This document shows, piece by piece, positions 24,015 to 32,000 of a stretch of 32,000 nucleotides of DNA. This DNA comes from an uncultured Planctomycetota bacterium (GTDB lineage: Bacteria > Planctomycetota > Planctomycetia > Isosphaerales > Isosphaeraceae), in assembly GCA_963761445.1 (NCBI GenBank), contig CAVXHV010000018.1:545359-577358 (forward strand). The letters are read 5' to 3'. Position numbers and translations under genes: made by a program. Below the pieces are notes generated by a model that did not search any database, was not told where the DNA came from, and worked only from the letters and a program-made list of their open reading frames with translations. Numbering within the stretch: the stretch's first letter is position 1; the number at the start of each line of letters is the position of its first letter.

Positions 24015-24638
24015 TCAAGTGCTCAAAGCGTCGGTCACGATGCGCTGGGCTTCCGCGATGATGGCATCCAGGTGGGCCTGGTCGCGGAAGCTCTCGGCAT
24101 AGATCTTGTAGATATTCTCGGTGCCCGAAGGACGCGCTGCAAACCAGCCCGTCGCAGCGACGACCTTCAACCCGCCGATGGGGGCCCCGTTGGCCGGTGC
24201 GCGGGTCAGCTTGGCCACAATCGGCTCGCCGCCAAGGTCCGATGCTTTGACGTCCGACGGATCGAGCTTCTTCAGGCGCGCCTTCTGCTCGGGGGTCGCC
24301 TCCGCATCGATTCGCGTGTAGAACGGTGTACCGAACTCCTTGGTGAGCTCGTGGTAGTGCTCGCCCGGATCCTTGCCGGTCCGGGCGAGAATCTCCGCGG
24401 CGAGCAGGTCGAGGATGGGCCCGTCCTTGTCGGTCGTCCACACCGAGCCGTCGCGCCGCAGGAAACTCGCGCCGGCGCTTTCCTCCCCACCGAAGCAATA
24501 CGAGCCGTCCAGCAGCTTGGCGCAAACCACTTGAACCCCACCGGAACTTCGGCGAGCGGCCGGTTGAGGGCATTCACAACCCGGTCGATCAAGCTGCTGC
24601 TCACAAGGGTCTTTCCCACCTTGGCATGCGCCGGCCAT
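24015..24638 (-). CDS. pgm: Phosphoglucomutase (alpha-D-glucose phosphate-specific), C-terminal fragment (other frame)
   Basis: [63 protein letters not shown]...[30 protein letters not shown] parallels the E. coli Pgm C-terminal third. The part of the listed ORF upstream of about 24520 is junk. Confidence 0.9.
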   Translation of the reverse strand: MAGACQGGKDPCEQQLDRPGCECPQPAARRSSGGVQVVCAKLLDGSYCFGGEESAGASFLRRDGSVWTTDKDGPILDLLAAEILARTGKDPGEHYHELTKEFGTPFYTRIDAEATPEQKARLKKLDPSDVKASDLGGEPIVAKLTRAPANGAPIGGLKVVAATGWFAARPSGTENIYKIYAESFRDQAHLDAIIAEAQRIVTDALST

Positions 24639-25657
24639 TGGTCGCGGTGCGTGAGCAGATAGCGGATCGCGACGGCCAGATAATGGTTAGGGTTCATGAG
24701 GCCCGTGGACTTGGTGACAATCCCGTGCCGGTCGGAATCGGGGTCGTTCCCGAAGGCGACGTCAAACCGGTCCTTGAGCTTGACCAGACTGGCCATCGCA
24801 AACGGACTGGAACAATCCATCCGGATCTCGCCGTCATGGTCGAGCGTCATGAAACGGAATGTTGGATCGATCGCCGCGTTTGTGACCGTGATATCGAGGT
24901 CATAACGATCGGCGATCGGCTGCCAGTAATGAACGGCCGCCCCGCCCAGGGGGTCGACCCCGATCTTGACCTTCGCGGCCCGGATTGCCGGCATATCGAT
25001 GACGCTCGCCAGGTCGGCGACGTAGGGCTCGACAAAATCGACCTCGAGGGTGGTGCTCGCCCTGATCGCCGCGGCAAACGGCACACGCTTGATCGAGTCG
25101 ATGCCCGAGCGAAGCAGGCTGTTGGCGCGGTCCTCGATCCAGGAGGTGACGTCCGAGTCGGCTGGGCCGCCGTGCGGCGGGTTGTACTTGAACCCGCCGT
25201 CGCGGGGTGGGTTGTGGGACGGCGTGATCACGATGCCGTCGCACCTCCCGGTTGTGCGGCCGGAGTTATACGACAAGATCGCGTGCGAGATCACCGGTGT
25301 CGGTGTCACACCGTCGTCACGCTGCAGAATGGTCTCGACGCCCGCCGCGGAAAGCACTTCGAGCGCCGTTCGCTGCGCCGGCTCGGAAAGCGCATGCGTA
25401 TCCTTTCCCATGAACAGAGGACCGTCGATTCCGCTCATTTTGCGGTAATCGCAGATGGCCTGGGTCATGGCCACGATGTGCGACTCGGTGAAGGTGCAAT
25501 CGAGCGATGAGCCGCGGTGGCCGCTGGTGCCGAAGATCACCCGCTGCGCCGGCTCGGTGGGGTCGGGCCGATTGGCGTGATAGGCTCGCTCGAGCGCCGG
25601 CACATCGATCAGAGCGCTCTCGGGCGCGGGCTGTCCCGCCAGAGGATGATTGGCCAT
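24272..25657 (-). CDS. pgm: Phosphoglucomutase, N-terminal fragment (apparent frameshift)
   Basis: ATG at 25657 with AGGAG 8 nt upstream. Motifs seen: [10 protein letters not shown] (active-site Ser loop), [62 protein letters not shown]. After that the frame is junk to the stop at 24272. Confidence 0.9.
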   Translation of the reverse strand: MANHPLAGQPAPESALIDVPALERAYHANRPDPTEPAQRVIFGTSGHRGSSLDCTFTESHIVAMTQAICDYRKMSGIDGPLFMGKDTHALSEPAQRTALEVLSAAGVETILQRDDGVTPTPVISHAILSYNSGRTTGRCDGIVITPSHNPPRDGGFKYNPPHGGPADSDVTSWIEDRANSLLRSGIDSIKRVPFAAAIRASTTLEVDFVEPYVADLASVIDMPAIRAAKVKIGVDPLGGAAVHYWQPIADRYDLDITVTNAAIDPTFRFMTLDHDGEIRMDCSSPFAMASLVKLKDRFDVAFGNDPDSDRHGIVTKSTGLMNPNHYLAVAIRYLLTHRDQWPAHAKVGKTLVSSSLIDRVVNALNRPLAEVPVGFKWFAPSCWTARIASVGRKAPARVSCGATARCGRPTRTGPSSTCSPRRFSPGPARIRASTTTSSPRSSVHRSTRESMRRRPPSRRRA

Positions 25658-25670
25658 CACGCTGCTCCTG

Positions 25671-28136
25671 TCATTCGACGTGGCACGGTTTGGTTCCCCA
25701 GATCTCGCTCGCGTACTGGGCAATCGTGCGATCGCTCGAGAACTTGCCCGAATGCGCGACGTTGAGCACAGCCCGCTGCGTCCACGCTTCCGGCTTCAAG
25801 TAAAGCGCGCCGAGGGAGTCCTGCGTCTGCCCGTAGCCGGCCAGATCGGCAAGGTGCATGTAGTGGTCGCCGCGGGGCAGCAGAGTGTCCCAGATCGGGC
25901 CGAAAATCCCCGGCTCGTGCGGACTGAAGGCGTTCGATGCGATCATGTCGAGCGCCCGCCGAGTCTCGGGCTCATGCTCGTAGTGCCAGTACGGGTTGTA
26001 CCACGATCGGCTCGATGCGACTTCTTCGGCGGTCAGACCGAATAGGAAGAAATTCTCTTCTCCCGCCTCCTGGGCCATCTCGATCGTGGCGCCGTCACGG
26101 GTCCCCACGGTCAAAGCGCCGTTCATCATGAACTTCATGTTGCCCGTGCCGCTGGCCTCGAAGCCGGCGGTCGAGATCTGCTCCGAAACGTCACTGGCGG
26201 GAATCAGCCGCTGGGCCAGGGTCACGTTGTATTCGCTCAGGAAGAAGACCTGGATCTTGCCCTTGGATAGGGGATCGACGTTGACCACCGAGGCAACATT
26301 GTTGATCAGCTTGATGATCAGCTTCGCCAGTGTGTACGCCGGCGCCGCCTTGCCCGCGAAGAAGAAGGTGCGCGGCGGTACTTCCAGCTTGGGATTGTCG
26401 CGCAGCCGATTGTATAAAATGATAACGTGAAGAATATTTAGTAACTGTCGTTTGTATTCATGGATGCGCTTCACCTGGCTATCGAAGATGGAATCGGGGT
26501 CGACGGCCAGTCCCGTCCCCATGCGCAGCCAGGAAGCAACGCGCACCTTGGCCGCCCGCTTGGCCGCGCGGAAGCCGTCCAGGAAGCCTGTGTCCTCCGC
26601 CAGCGGCACGAGCTTCTTGAGCTGGCTGAGATCGGCTATCCAGTCGTCGCCGATGGCGCTCGAAATCAATTTGGCCAGGTCGGGGTTGGCCAGGAGCAGC
26701 CAGCGCCTGGGCGTCACGCCGTTGGTCTTGTTGTTGAAGCGAGCCGGAAAGATCGCGGCCAGGTCCGAGACGACCGTGGTACGCAACAGCCTCGAGTGGA
26801 TCTCGGCGACCCCGTTGGTGCTGTGCGTGCCCACGATGGCCAGGTTCGCCATGCGGACCCGTTTTTCCCGGCCCTCCGAAATCAGGCTGACGCGCGCCAG
26901 GCGGCCGTTGTCGCCGGGAAACCGCGTTCGAACGTCGTCCAGAAAGCGACGGTTGATCTCGTAAATGATTTCGAGCAGCCGGGGAAACATGATCTCGAAG
27001 AGGTTTACCGGCCAGGTCTCAAGCGCTTCCGGCATCAGGGTGTGGTTGGTGTAGGCCAGGGTGCGCGTGGTCAGGTCCCATGCCTCGTCCCAGGGGATCG
27101 CCGCTTCGTCCACCAGGATCCTCATCAGCTCGGCGACTGCGAGCGACGGGTGAGTGTCGTTCAACTGAATGGCCACCTTGTCCGGAAGCGCGTGCCACTC
27201 ATTGCCGCGCCGCTTGAATCTCGCGACGATGTCTCCAAGCGAGCACGCGACCAGGAAGTATTCTTGTAGCAGCCGAAGGTTTCTGCCCCGGGGCGTCGAG
27301 TCATCGGGGTAAAGCACGCGTGTCACCACCTCGGCGGCAACCTTGTCGTGGACAGCATCGAAGAAATCACCCCGGCTGAATTCCAGGAAGTTGAAGTCGT
27401 CGTGGCTCGTGGAAGTCCAGAGCCGCAGCGTGTTGATGTTGCTGCCGCCGTAGCCGACGACGGGACGATCATATGGCACGCCGACGATCACGGTCGGCAC
27501 GTTGGGAACCACCGTCAGTCGCCCTTCCTTCATCTGGAAGGCACAGTTGAGACGAACTTCGACAGCCTCTCGCGGCCGCATGACCTCCCACGGATCGCCA
27601 TGACGCAGCCAGTTGTCCGGGTGTTCGATCTGCCTTCCGTCCTTGATCTCCTGGCGGAACATCCCGTACTCGTATCGCAGGCCGTATCCCACCGCCGGAA
27701 TCTCAAGGGTCGCCATCGAGTCCAGAAAACAGGCGGCCAGGCGGCCCAGGCCGCCGTTGCCCAGTCCAGCGTCCGGCTCAACTTCGTAAAGCGCCTGCAG
27801 GTCCTGCCCGATGTCCGAGGCGAAGTCGCTTTCCACGAAATCCTCGATCTGCAGATTGGTGATCGTGCTGGCCATGGTTCTACCGATCAGGAACTCCATT
27901 GACAGGTAATACACCTCCTTCGGGTTCTTGTGGTCGTAAGACCGCTGCGTCAAAATCCAGCGCTGCGCGAGCACGTCTCGGACCGAGTGCGCCATGGCCG
28001 CAAACCGGTCGCGCGCGCTTGCCCGGTCCAGCGCGGTGACGTGGTCGAAAAGAAGATGCCGGTCGTAGTAGTCCTCATCGTCAAATCGCAGCGGACCACA
28101 TTCATAGCGCTTCAAAGGATCGGCCGTCTGGTTCAT
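25671..28136 (-). CDS. glgP: Glycogen/maltodextrin phosphorylase
   Basis: Full-length similarity, including [20 protein letters not shown], the ...NDTHP... block, and the PLP site [29 protein letters not shown] chose the ATG at 28136 (GGAG 7 nt upstream). The alternative ATG at 28184 would overlap the upstream stop as ATGA. Confidence 0.93.
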   Translation of the reverse strand: MNQTADPLKRYECGPLRFDDEDYYDRHLLFDHVTALDRASARDRFAAMAHSVRDVLAQRWILTQRSYDHKNPKEVYYLSMEFLIGRTMASTITNLQIEDFVESDFASDIGQDLQALYEVEPDAGLGNGGLGRLAACFLDSMATLEIPAVGYGLRYEYGMFRQEIKDGRQIEHPDNWLRHGDPWEVMRPREAVEVRLNCAFQMKEGRLTVVPNVPTVIVGVPYDRPVVGYGGSNINTLRLWTSTSHDDFNFLEFSRGDFFDAVHDKVAAEVVTRVLYPDDSTPRGRNLRLLQEYFLVACSLGDIVARFKRRGNEWHALPDKVAIQLNDTHPSLAVAELMRILVDEAAIPWDEAWDLTTRTLAYTNHTLMPEALETWPVNLFEIMFPRLLEIIYEINRRFLDDVRTRFPGDNGRLARVSLISEGREKRVRMANLAIVGTHSTNGVAEIHSRLLRTTVVSDLAAIFPARFNNKTNGVTPRRWLLLANPDLAKLISSAIGDDWIADLSQLKKLVPLAEDTGFLDGFRAAKRAAKVRVASWLRMGTGLAVDPDSIFDSQVKRIHEYKRQLLNILHVIILYNRLRDNPKLEVPPRTFFFAGKAAPAYTLAKLIIKLINNVASVVNVDPLSKGKIQVFFLSEYNVTLAQRLIPASDVSEQISTAGFEASGTGNMKFMMNGALTVGTRDGATIEMAQEAGEENFFLFGLTAEEVASSRSWYNPYWHYEHEPETRRALDMIASNAFSPHEPGIFGPIWDTLLPRGDHYMHLADLAGYGQTQDSLGALYLKPEAWTQRAVLNVAHSGKFSSDRTIAQYASEIWGTKPCHVE

Positions 28137-28180
28137 TCCGGTACTCCGAATTCGCAGTTGGCGGCGAGGGAACGCGTCGA

Positions 28181-28780
28181 TCATAAACGGACGTGGCGAT
28201 CATCATTCCAGAGGCGGATCGCCGGCTCGTCCAGCGAATGCTCGTAACCTTGAATCGAGAGCGACGCCGTGCTCAGATACAACAGTCGCCCCGCTGAAGC
28301 CGGCTGACCCAGCCACCGCGCCGCCAGGACGCGGAAAAAGTGGCCGTGGCCGAAGAGCAGTTGCTGTCCATCGAAGGCTCGCAGCCGGCTGATCAGCCGG
28401 TCCGCCCGAGCGCCGACCTGCTCGACCGACTCGCCACCGGGGCAGCCGTCCCGAAACAGCGACCAGTCGGGATTCTCGCCGCGGATCTCGGCCGACGTCT
28501 TTCCGTCATAGGCGCCGTAATCCCATTCCATCAGGTCTTCGTCTGTGACGACGTCTTCGAGAAAGCCCGCCAGCTCGCAGGTCTGCCGCGCTCGCACCAG
28601 CGGGCTCGTCAGAACGCGATGAAATTTCATTCCACGCAGCCGGTCGCCCAGGCTGCGTGCGTTCGATTCACCGCGGATCGTCAGCGGAATATCGGACCGC
28701 CCGGTATGCTGGTGCGAGAGTGTCCAGGCCGTCTCTCCGTGGCGAGCCAGATAGATTTGGGGAAGCTCGTTGGACATCAT
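28181..28780 (-). CDS. Histidine phosphatase superfamily (phosphoglycerate-mutase-like) protein
   Basis: ATG at 28780: MMSNELPQIYLARHGETAWTLSHQHTGRSDIPLTIRGE...TSPLVRARQTCE...LLFGHGHFFRVLAARW. It has the RHGE catalytic motif and the distal His. Confidence 0.8.
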   Translation of the reverse strand: MMSNELPQIYLARHGETAWTLSHQHTGRSDIPLTIRGESNARSLGDRLRGMKFHRVLTSPLVRARQTCELAGFLEDVVTDEDLMEWDYGAYDGKTSAEIRGENPDWSLFRDGCPGGESVEQVGARADRLISRLRAFDGQQLLFGHGHFFRVLAARWLGQPASAGRLLYLSTASLSIQGYEHSLDEPAIRLWNDDRHVRL

Positions 28781-28927
28781 GAGTCTCGACGAATTCTCCG
28801 TGAATGGTCGTGGCCAAAGGCTACCGGCAAGCCGGCACGCATCGAGAAACCCCCCTGTAGCGCGCCAGAACGCCGTGGCCCCCATTGTCGGCGCCCGGTT
28901 CCAGAAATGCTAGATTCGCGAGCCGCC

Positions 28928-30151
28928 CTATTCCTTGAGCTGCACAAATCGCGCCAAATCCCGGGCGATGATCGATTCTTCGTCGGTGCGAATGACGCGG
29001 ACCGGTGTACGCGAGCTGTCGGTGGTGATCACGGGCTCATTTCCGCGATTACGCACGGGATCAATTGTGATTCCCAGGAAATCAAGGCCCGCGCAGGTTT
29101 CCTGGCGTATTTCGGGCGAATTCTCGCCGATGCCGCCCGAGAATACCAGAAGATCAAGCCCGCCCAGCGCTGCCGCCAGGGCGCCGATTCCCTTCCTGGC
29201 CTGGTAGCAGAACAGTAAAACGGCCTCCGCGGCGCGCTCGTCGTCGACCCGCCGGGCCAGGAGGTCGCGCATGTCGGAGCTGGTTTGCGAGACCCCGAGC
29301 AAACCCGACTCGTGATTGACCATTCGATGGAATACCTCGGCCGTCATGCCAGGGACGATCCGGGTGAGATACAGATAAAGCCCGGGGTCGATGTCGCCCG
29401 AGCGTGTGCTCATCACCAGGCCCGAGGCCGGCGTTAACCCCATCGTCGTATCGATTGGGCGGCCGTCATGCACGGCTGCAAGACTCGCACCGGAACCGAG
29501 ATGGGCCATGATGATCCGCCCCGCGGCGGCCGCGGCGCCGGCGACCCGCGCAATCTCCTCCATCAAGAACGCGTAGGACAGGCCGTGGAACCCGTATCGT
29601 TCGACTCCGGCCGCCTCGAATGTGCGCGGAATCGGCACAATCTTGGCCACTCGTGGCATATCATGATGGAATCCTGTATCGAAGCACGCGACTGCCGGCA
29701 GGTCCGGCAAGCGTTCCTGAAACCGTTCGATCAAAGCAATCTGTCCGGGCAAGTGGTCTTCGTCGAGCGGGATGATGCCGCGCAGCCCGGCGATGACCTT
29801 GGGCGTCACCCGCTCGGCCGCGTGATAAAGCTGCCCGCCGTGCACGACCCGAAAACCGATCCCCGCAATCCGCTGGCGGCCCAGATTGCCCTCGAGCCAG
29901 TCAATGACGAGACCGGCCGCGGCGCCCAGATCCGGCGCAATCACGTTCGGGATCCGAGCTTCCTGCTCCCCGGCAAGCTGGGCCGACAATTGCGCATCGG
30001 TTCGCCCGATGCGCTCGATCGTTCCGCGGCCGATTCGCGTGGGCGACCCCGCGCAGGTGGATTCCAGGTCATATAGTGCGAACTTGAGACTCGACGAGCC
30101 CCCGTTCACCGCAACCAACGCCGGACGCGCAGATTGCAGAGCGGATGTCAT
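28928..30151 (-). CDS. ackA: Acetate (propionate) kinase
   Basis: LVAVNGGSSSLKFALYD, VHGGQLY, CFDTGFHHDMP, YGFHGLSY, AHLGSGASL, SGDIDPG and VFSGGIGENS are the AckA family motifs, present in order over 407 aa. Confidence 0.9.
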   Translation of the reverse strand: MTSALQSARPALVAVNGGSSSLKFALYDLESTCAGSPTRIGRGTIERIGRTDAQLSAQLAGEQEARIPNVIAPDLGAAAGLVIDWLEGNLGRQRIAGIGFRVVHGGQLYHAAERVTPKVIAGLRGIIPLDEDHLPGQIALIERFQERLPDLPAVACFDTGFHHDMPRVAKIVPIPRTFEAAGVERYGFHGLSYAFLMEEIARVAGAAAAAGRIIMAHLGSGASLAAVHDGRPIDTTMGLTPASGLVMSTRSGDIDPGLYLYLTRIVPGMTAEVFHRMVNHESGLLGVSQTSSDMRDLLARRVDDERAAEAVLLFCYQARKGIGALAAALGGLDLLVFSGGIGENSPEIRQETCAGLDFLGITIDPVRNRGNEPVITTDSSRTPVRVIRTDEESIIARDLARFVQLKE

Positions 30152-30425
30152 TGCAGCTGCCGACCTTACCGGTTGATTTGCTCATAGGCCGCCAAAAGAT
30201 TCTATCGCGCCCGGAACATGCTCAAAAGAGTTCGTTACTTCCTTTTTGAGCGTCTGGCGCGGTCCAGGACTCTTTGTGTTAGTATCTGAACTAGGTTGCG
30301 AGCACAGTTCTCAGAAGAGGTTTTTCCTGGGAATCGGGTCCGGCGGCTGATCGATTGACGCCTATGCGGATAGGTGCGCGACTGCCCTCGGCCGCCCGGT
30401 AACATTGTAACGAGAGCCGAAGCGG

Positions 30426-31094
30426 ATGCCCGAAGGCCCCATTGACCTGCTGTCAAAGGCACGCGCGGGTGAAACGGAAGCCCTGGGCGAGTTGTGCGCG
30501 CTTTACCGGAATTATCTGCGGATGGTTGTGCGCACGGGGCTGGGTCCGCGACTGCGCGAGCGTGTCGAGATGTCGGACGTGGTTCAAGAAGTATTGGTGG
30601 AGGTGGTTCGGCAGTTTCCCCAGTTCACGGGTCAGAACGAGGCGGCCTTGGTCGGCTGGCTGCGACGGCTGGTCGGGCAGAAGCTGGCCGACCTGGGGAG
30701 GTATCACAGCAGGGCAAAGCGTGCCGGTGCGTCGACGGCTTTACCGCTTGATGGGGCGGCTTCGGAGCTTTCGGGTGGCTCGCGTTCGGGAGAGGAGAAC
30801 GGGCGGATCGTCGATATGCTGGCGCTGTCGCAGACCAGCCCAAGTCAGGCCGCCAGCCGCCGCGAGCAGATCATCTTGCTTGCCGACGCGCTGGCCGCGC
30901 TCCCGGATTCCGAGGCCGACGTGGTCTGGCTGTACGCGGCCGAAAACCTCTCGTTCGAGGCAATCGGCGAGCGGTTTGGATTAAGCCGAAAATCGGTGCG
31001 TGGCATCATGGCGCGGGGGCTCAAGAGCCTGAAGCGTTCGATGGAAGGTCCGCCTGGCGGATCTCTGAGGTTCAGCGATGGTCAAACCCACTGA
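30426..31094 (+). CDS. ECF sigma factor (kinase-associated type)
   Basis: LLSKARAGETEALGELCALYRNYLRMVV...DVVQEVLVEVVRQFPQF...LVGWLRRLVGQKLADLGRYH is region 2. ALPDSEADVVWLYAAENLSFEAIGERFGLSRKSVRGIMARGLKSLKRSM is region 4. It is intact. Confidence 0.85.
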   Translation: MPEGPIDLLSKARAGETEALGELCALYRNYLRMVVRTGLGPRLRERVEMSDVVQEVLVEVVRQFPQFTGQNEAALVGWLRRLVGQKLADLGRYHSRAKRAGASTALPLDGAASELSGGSRSGEENGRIVDMLALSQTSPSQAASRREQIILLADALAALPDSEADVVWLYAAENLSFEAIGERFGLSRKSVRGIMARGLKSLKRSMEGPPGGSLRFSDGQTH

Positions 31095-32000
31095 CGACAC
31101 GACTGTAGGTCCGGACGGCGGCTCCGGCTCGAGTTCCGGGTCCGGGTCCGGGTCCGACTCGGGTGACGACGATGATCGCGTCGGTGAAGCCGTCGAGCTG
31201 TACATGCTGGCGTGCGAGCAGGGCCCGCCGCCGAATCTGGATGAATTCGTGGCGCGCTTTCCTGGGCTGGAGGAAGACCTCCGGGCGGCCATTGATGGAC
31301 TGGAGCTGGTTCACGGCCTGCTCGGGCTCGGCTCGGCGACCGGCTCGGGGAGCGGTCGCCGGGGAGGCCTCGATCACCGCATCGAATCCGGCCAGCGGAT
31401 TGCCGGCTACCGGGTGGTGCGCGAGCTCGGTCGAGGAGGAATGGGCACGGTTTATGAGGCCGTTCACGTCGGGCTCGACCGGCCGGTGGCGCTCAAGGTC
31501 CTGGGCGTGCACGCTGCTCCCGATTCTTCGGCCCGTCGCCGGTTCTTGAACGAAGCACGCACGGCCGCAGGGTTGCACCACACGCACATCGTGCCGGTCT
31601 TCGACGTCGGTCAGGTCGGCGGGCTCTGTTATTACGCCATGCAGCGGATCGAGGGGAGCGGGCTCGACCGCGTGCTCAAACATCTGCGCCGGACGCGTCA
31701 GGTGGCTTCCGGCGGCGGTGAGGCACTTTCCAGCTCCGGGCTCCCCAGCTTCGTGGCCAGCGGACGCGGGAGGGCTCAAACAACTGCTCCCGCCGTGAGC
31801 CGATTCTGGCGCCGGTGGCCCGCGAGCTTGCTGCGCGGGCGTAAAAAGCTCGCCCGCTCGCTCGAGCGAGCAGCGGTCGTTGTGCCCCCGAGCGTGCCGG
31901 GCCAGGCGCATGAGCTCGCCCGCCAGAATGGCGTGCGATCGAGGGCGCTCTTGGAGGCCGATGGGTCGACGGCTTCGTGGGGAACCCCCTCGCGCGACGG
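31078..32000 (+). CDS. Ser/Thr protein kinase, N-terminal part (runs off the window end; not in the ORF track because it has no stop)
   Basis: The ATG at 31078 overlaps the sigma stop by 17 nt. Frame 1 reads MVKPTDDTTVGPDGGSGSSSGSGSGSDSGDDDDRVGEAVELYMLACEQGPPPNLDEFVARFPGLEEDL...YRVVRELGRGGMGTVYEAVHVGLDRPVALKVL...FLNEARTAAGLHHTHIVPVFDVGQVGGLCYYAMQRIEG, which covers kinase subdomains I-V. Confidence 0.85.
   Translation, partial: MVKPTDDTTVGPDGGSGSSSGSGSGSDSGDDDDRVGEAVELYMLACEQGPPPNLDEFVARFPGLEEDLRAAIDGLELVHGLLGLGSATGSGSGRRGGLDHRIESGQRIAGYRVVRELGRGGMGTVYEAVHVGLDRPVALKVLGVHAAPDSSARRRFLNEARTAAGLHHTHIVPVFDVGQVGGLCYYAMQRIEGSGLDRVLKHLRRTRQVASGGGEALSSSGLPSFVASGRGRAQTTAPAVSRFWRRWPASLLRGRKKLARSLERAAVVVPPSVPGQAHELARQNGVRSRALLEADGSTASWGTPSRD
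31135..31156 (+). repeat. In-frame hexanucleotide microsatellite (TCCGGG)x3 plus TCCG, encoding (Ser-Gly)n in the kinase N-terminus
   Basis: Read directly from the sequence: tccgggtccgggtccgggtccg. Confidence 0.8.

Noticed and set aside
3627-24524. Programmed ribosomal frameshifting or transcriptional slippage as the explanation for the seven frame breaks
   Set aside because: There are no slippery heptamers or homopolymer tracts at the sites. Both +1- and -1-type corrections would be needed. Unrelated gene classes are affected, including nadD and pgm. A DNA-level CG-unit indel, whether technical or real, is the simpler explanation.
23980-24573. 198-codon upstream extension of the pgi ORF (22339..24573)
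   Set aside because: PGI similarity starts exactly at the ATG at 23979. The extension overlaps the pgm 3' end and is Arg/Pro/Gly junk.
30221-30252. Imperfect hairpin CTCAAAAG...CTTTTTGAG in the ackA/sigma divergent intergenic region
   Set aside because: The stem is short and AT-rich with a 14-nt loop. It lies between two divergent starts, so it is not a terminator. There is too little evidence to call it an operator.
31072-31911. 279-aa minus-strand ORF and plus-strand ORF 31163..31549 at the right-hand end
   Set aside because: The third plus frame, absent from the track because it has no stop before the window end, encodes an unmistakable Ser/Thr kinase. The listed ORFs are its off-frame and antisense shadows.
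1-32000. Search by eye for tRNA, rRNA, CRISPR arrays, IS elements, transposases, integrases, toxin-antitoxin pairs and known defence genes (CBASS, Thoeris, restriction-modification)
   Set aside because: None was recognised. The intergenic regions are short apart from 2715-3340, 11189-11668, 19389-19840 and 30152-30425. None of these shows tRNA-like cloverleaf stems, spaced direct repeats, or terminal inverted repeats flanking a transposase.

Overview
This is a GC-rich bacterial chromosomal segment. I called everything by reading the translations and matching motifs from memory; no search or alignment was run. The gene content looks Planctomycetota-like, which is an inference. It includes four ECF-type sigma factors: two are paired with Ser/Thr kinases and two carry long C-terminal transmembrane extensions. 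It also includes a PEP-CTERM protein and a 1007-aa PQQ-dehydrogenase/tri-haem fusion. The housekeeping genes are an aminotransferase 3' end, a SulP transporter, a YdeI-family protein, a divergent PFK, nadD, priA, and a minus-strand run ackA - histidine phosphatase - glgP - pgm - pgi. Three observations stand out. (1) The most interesting one is a four-gene cassette at 12910-16113. It encodes three Nudix-fold modules with eroded catalytic boxes, a 4-TM protein built from two SLATT/DUF4231-like 2TM units, and a stand-alone RyR-domain protein. I propose it is a nucleotide-sensing membrane-effector (conflict or stress) system; I do not know of a described system with this composition. (2) Seven genes are broken by frameshifts, including core genes nadD and pgm. 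All but one of the breaks sit on alternating (CG)n runs, and every one is compatible with gain or loss of one CG unit. Systematic assembly error is the most likely cause, but the pattern deserves a check. (3) A 25-nt inverted repeat (24/25 identical) brackets a 1.3-kb segment. That segment holds the PEP-CTERM gene and the C-terminal coiled-coil part of a sigma-factor fusion. I recognised no rRNA, tRNA, CRISPR array, transposase or integrase. Many long antisense ORFs in the track are GC-bias artefacts.
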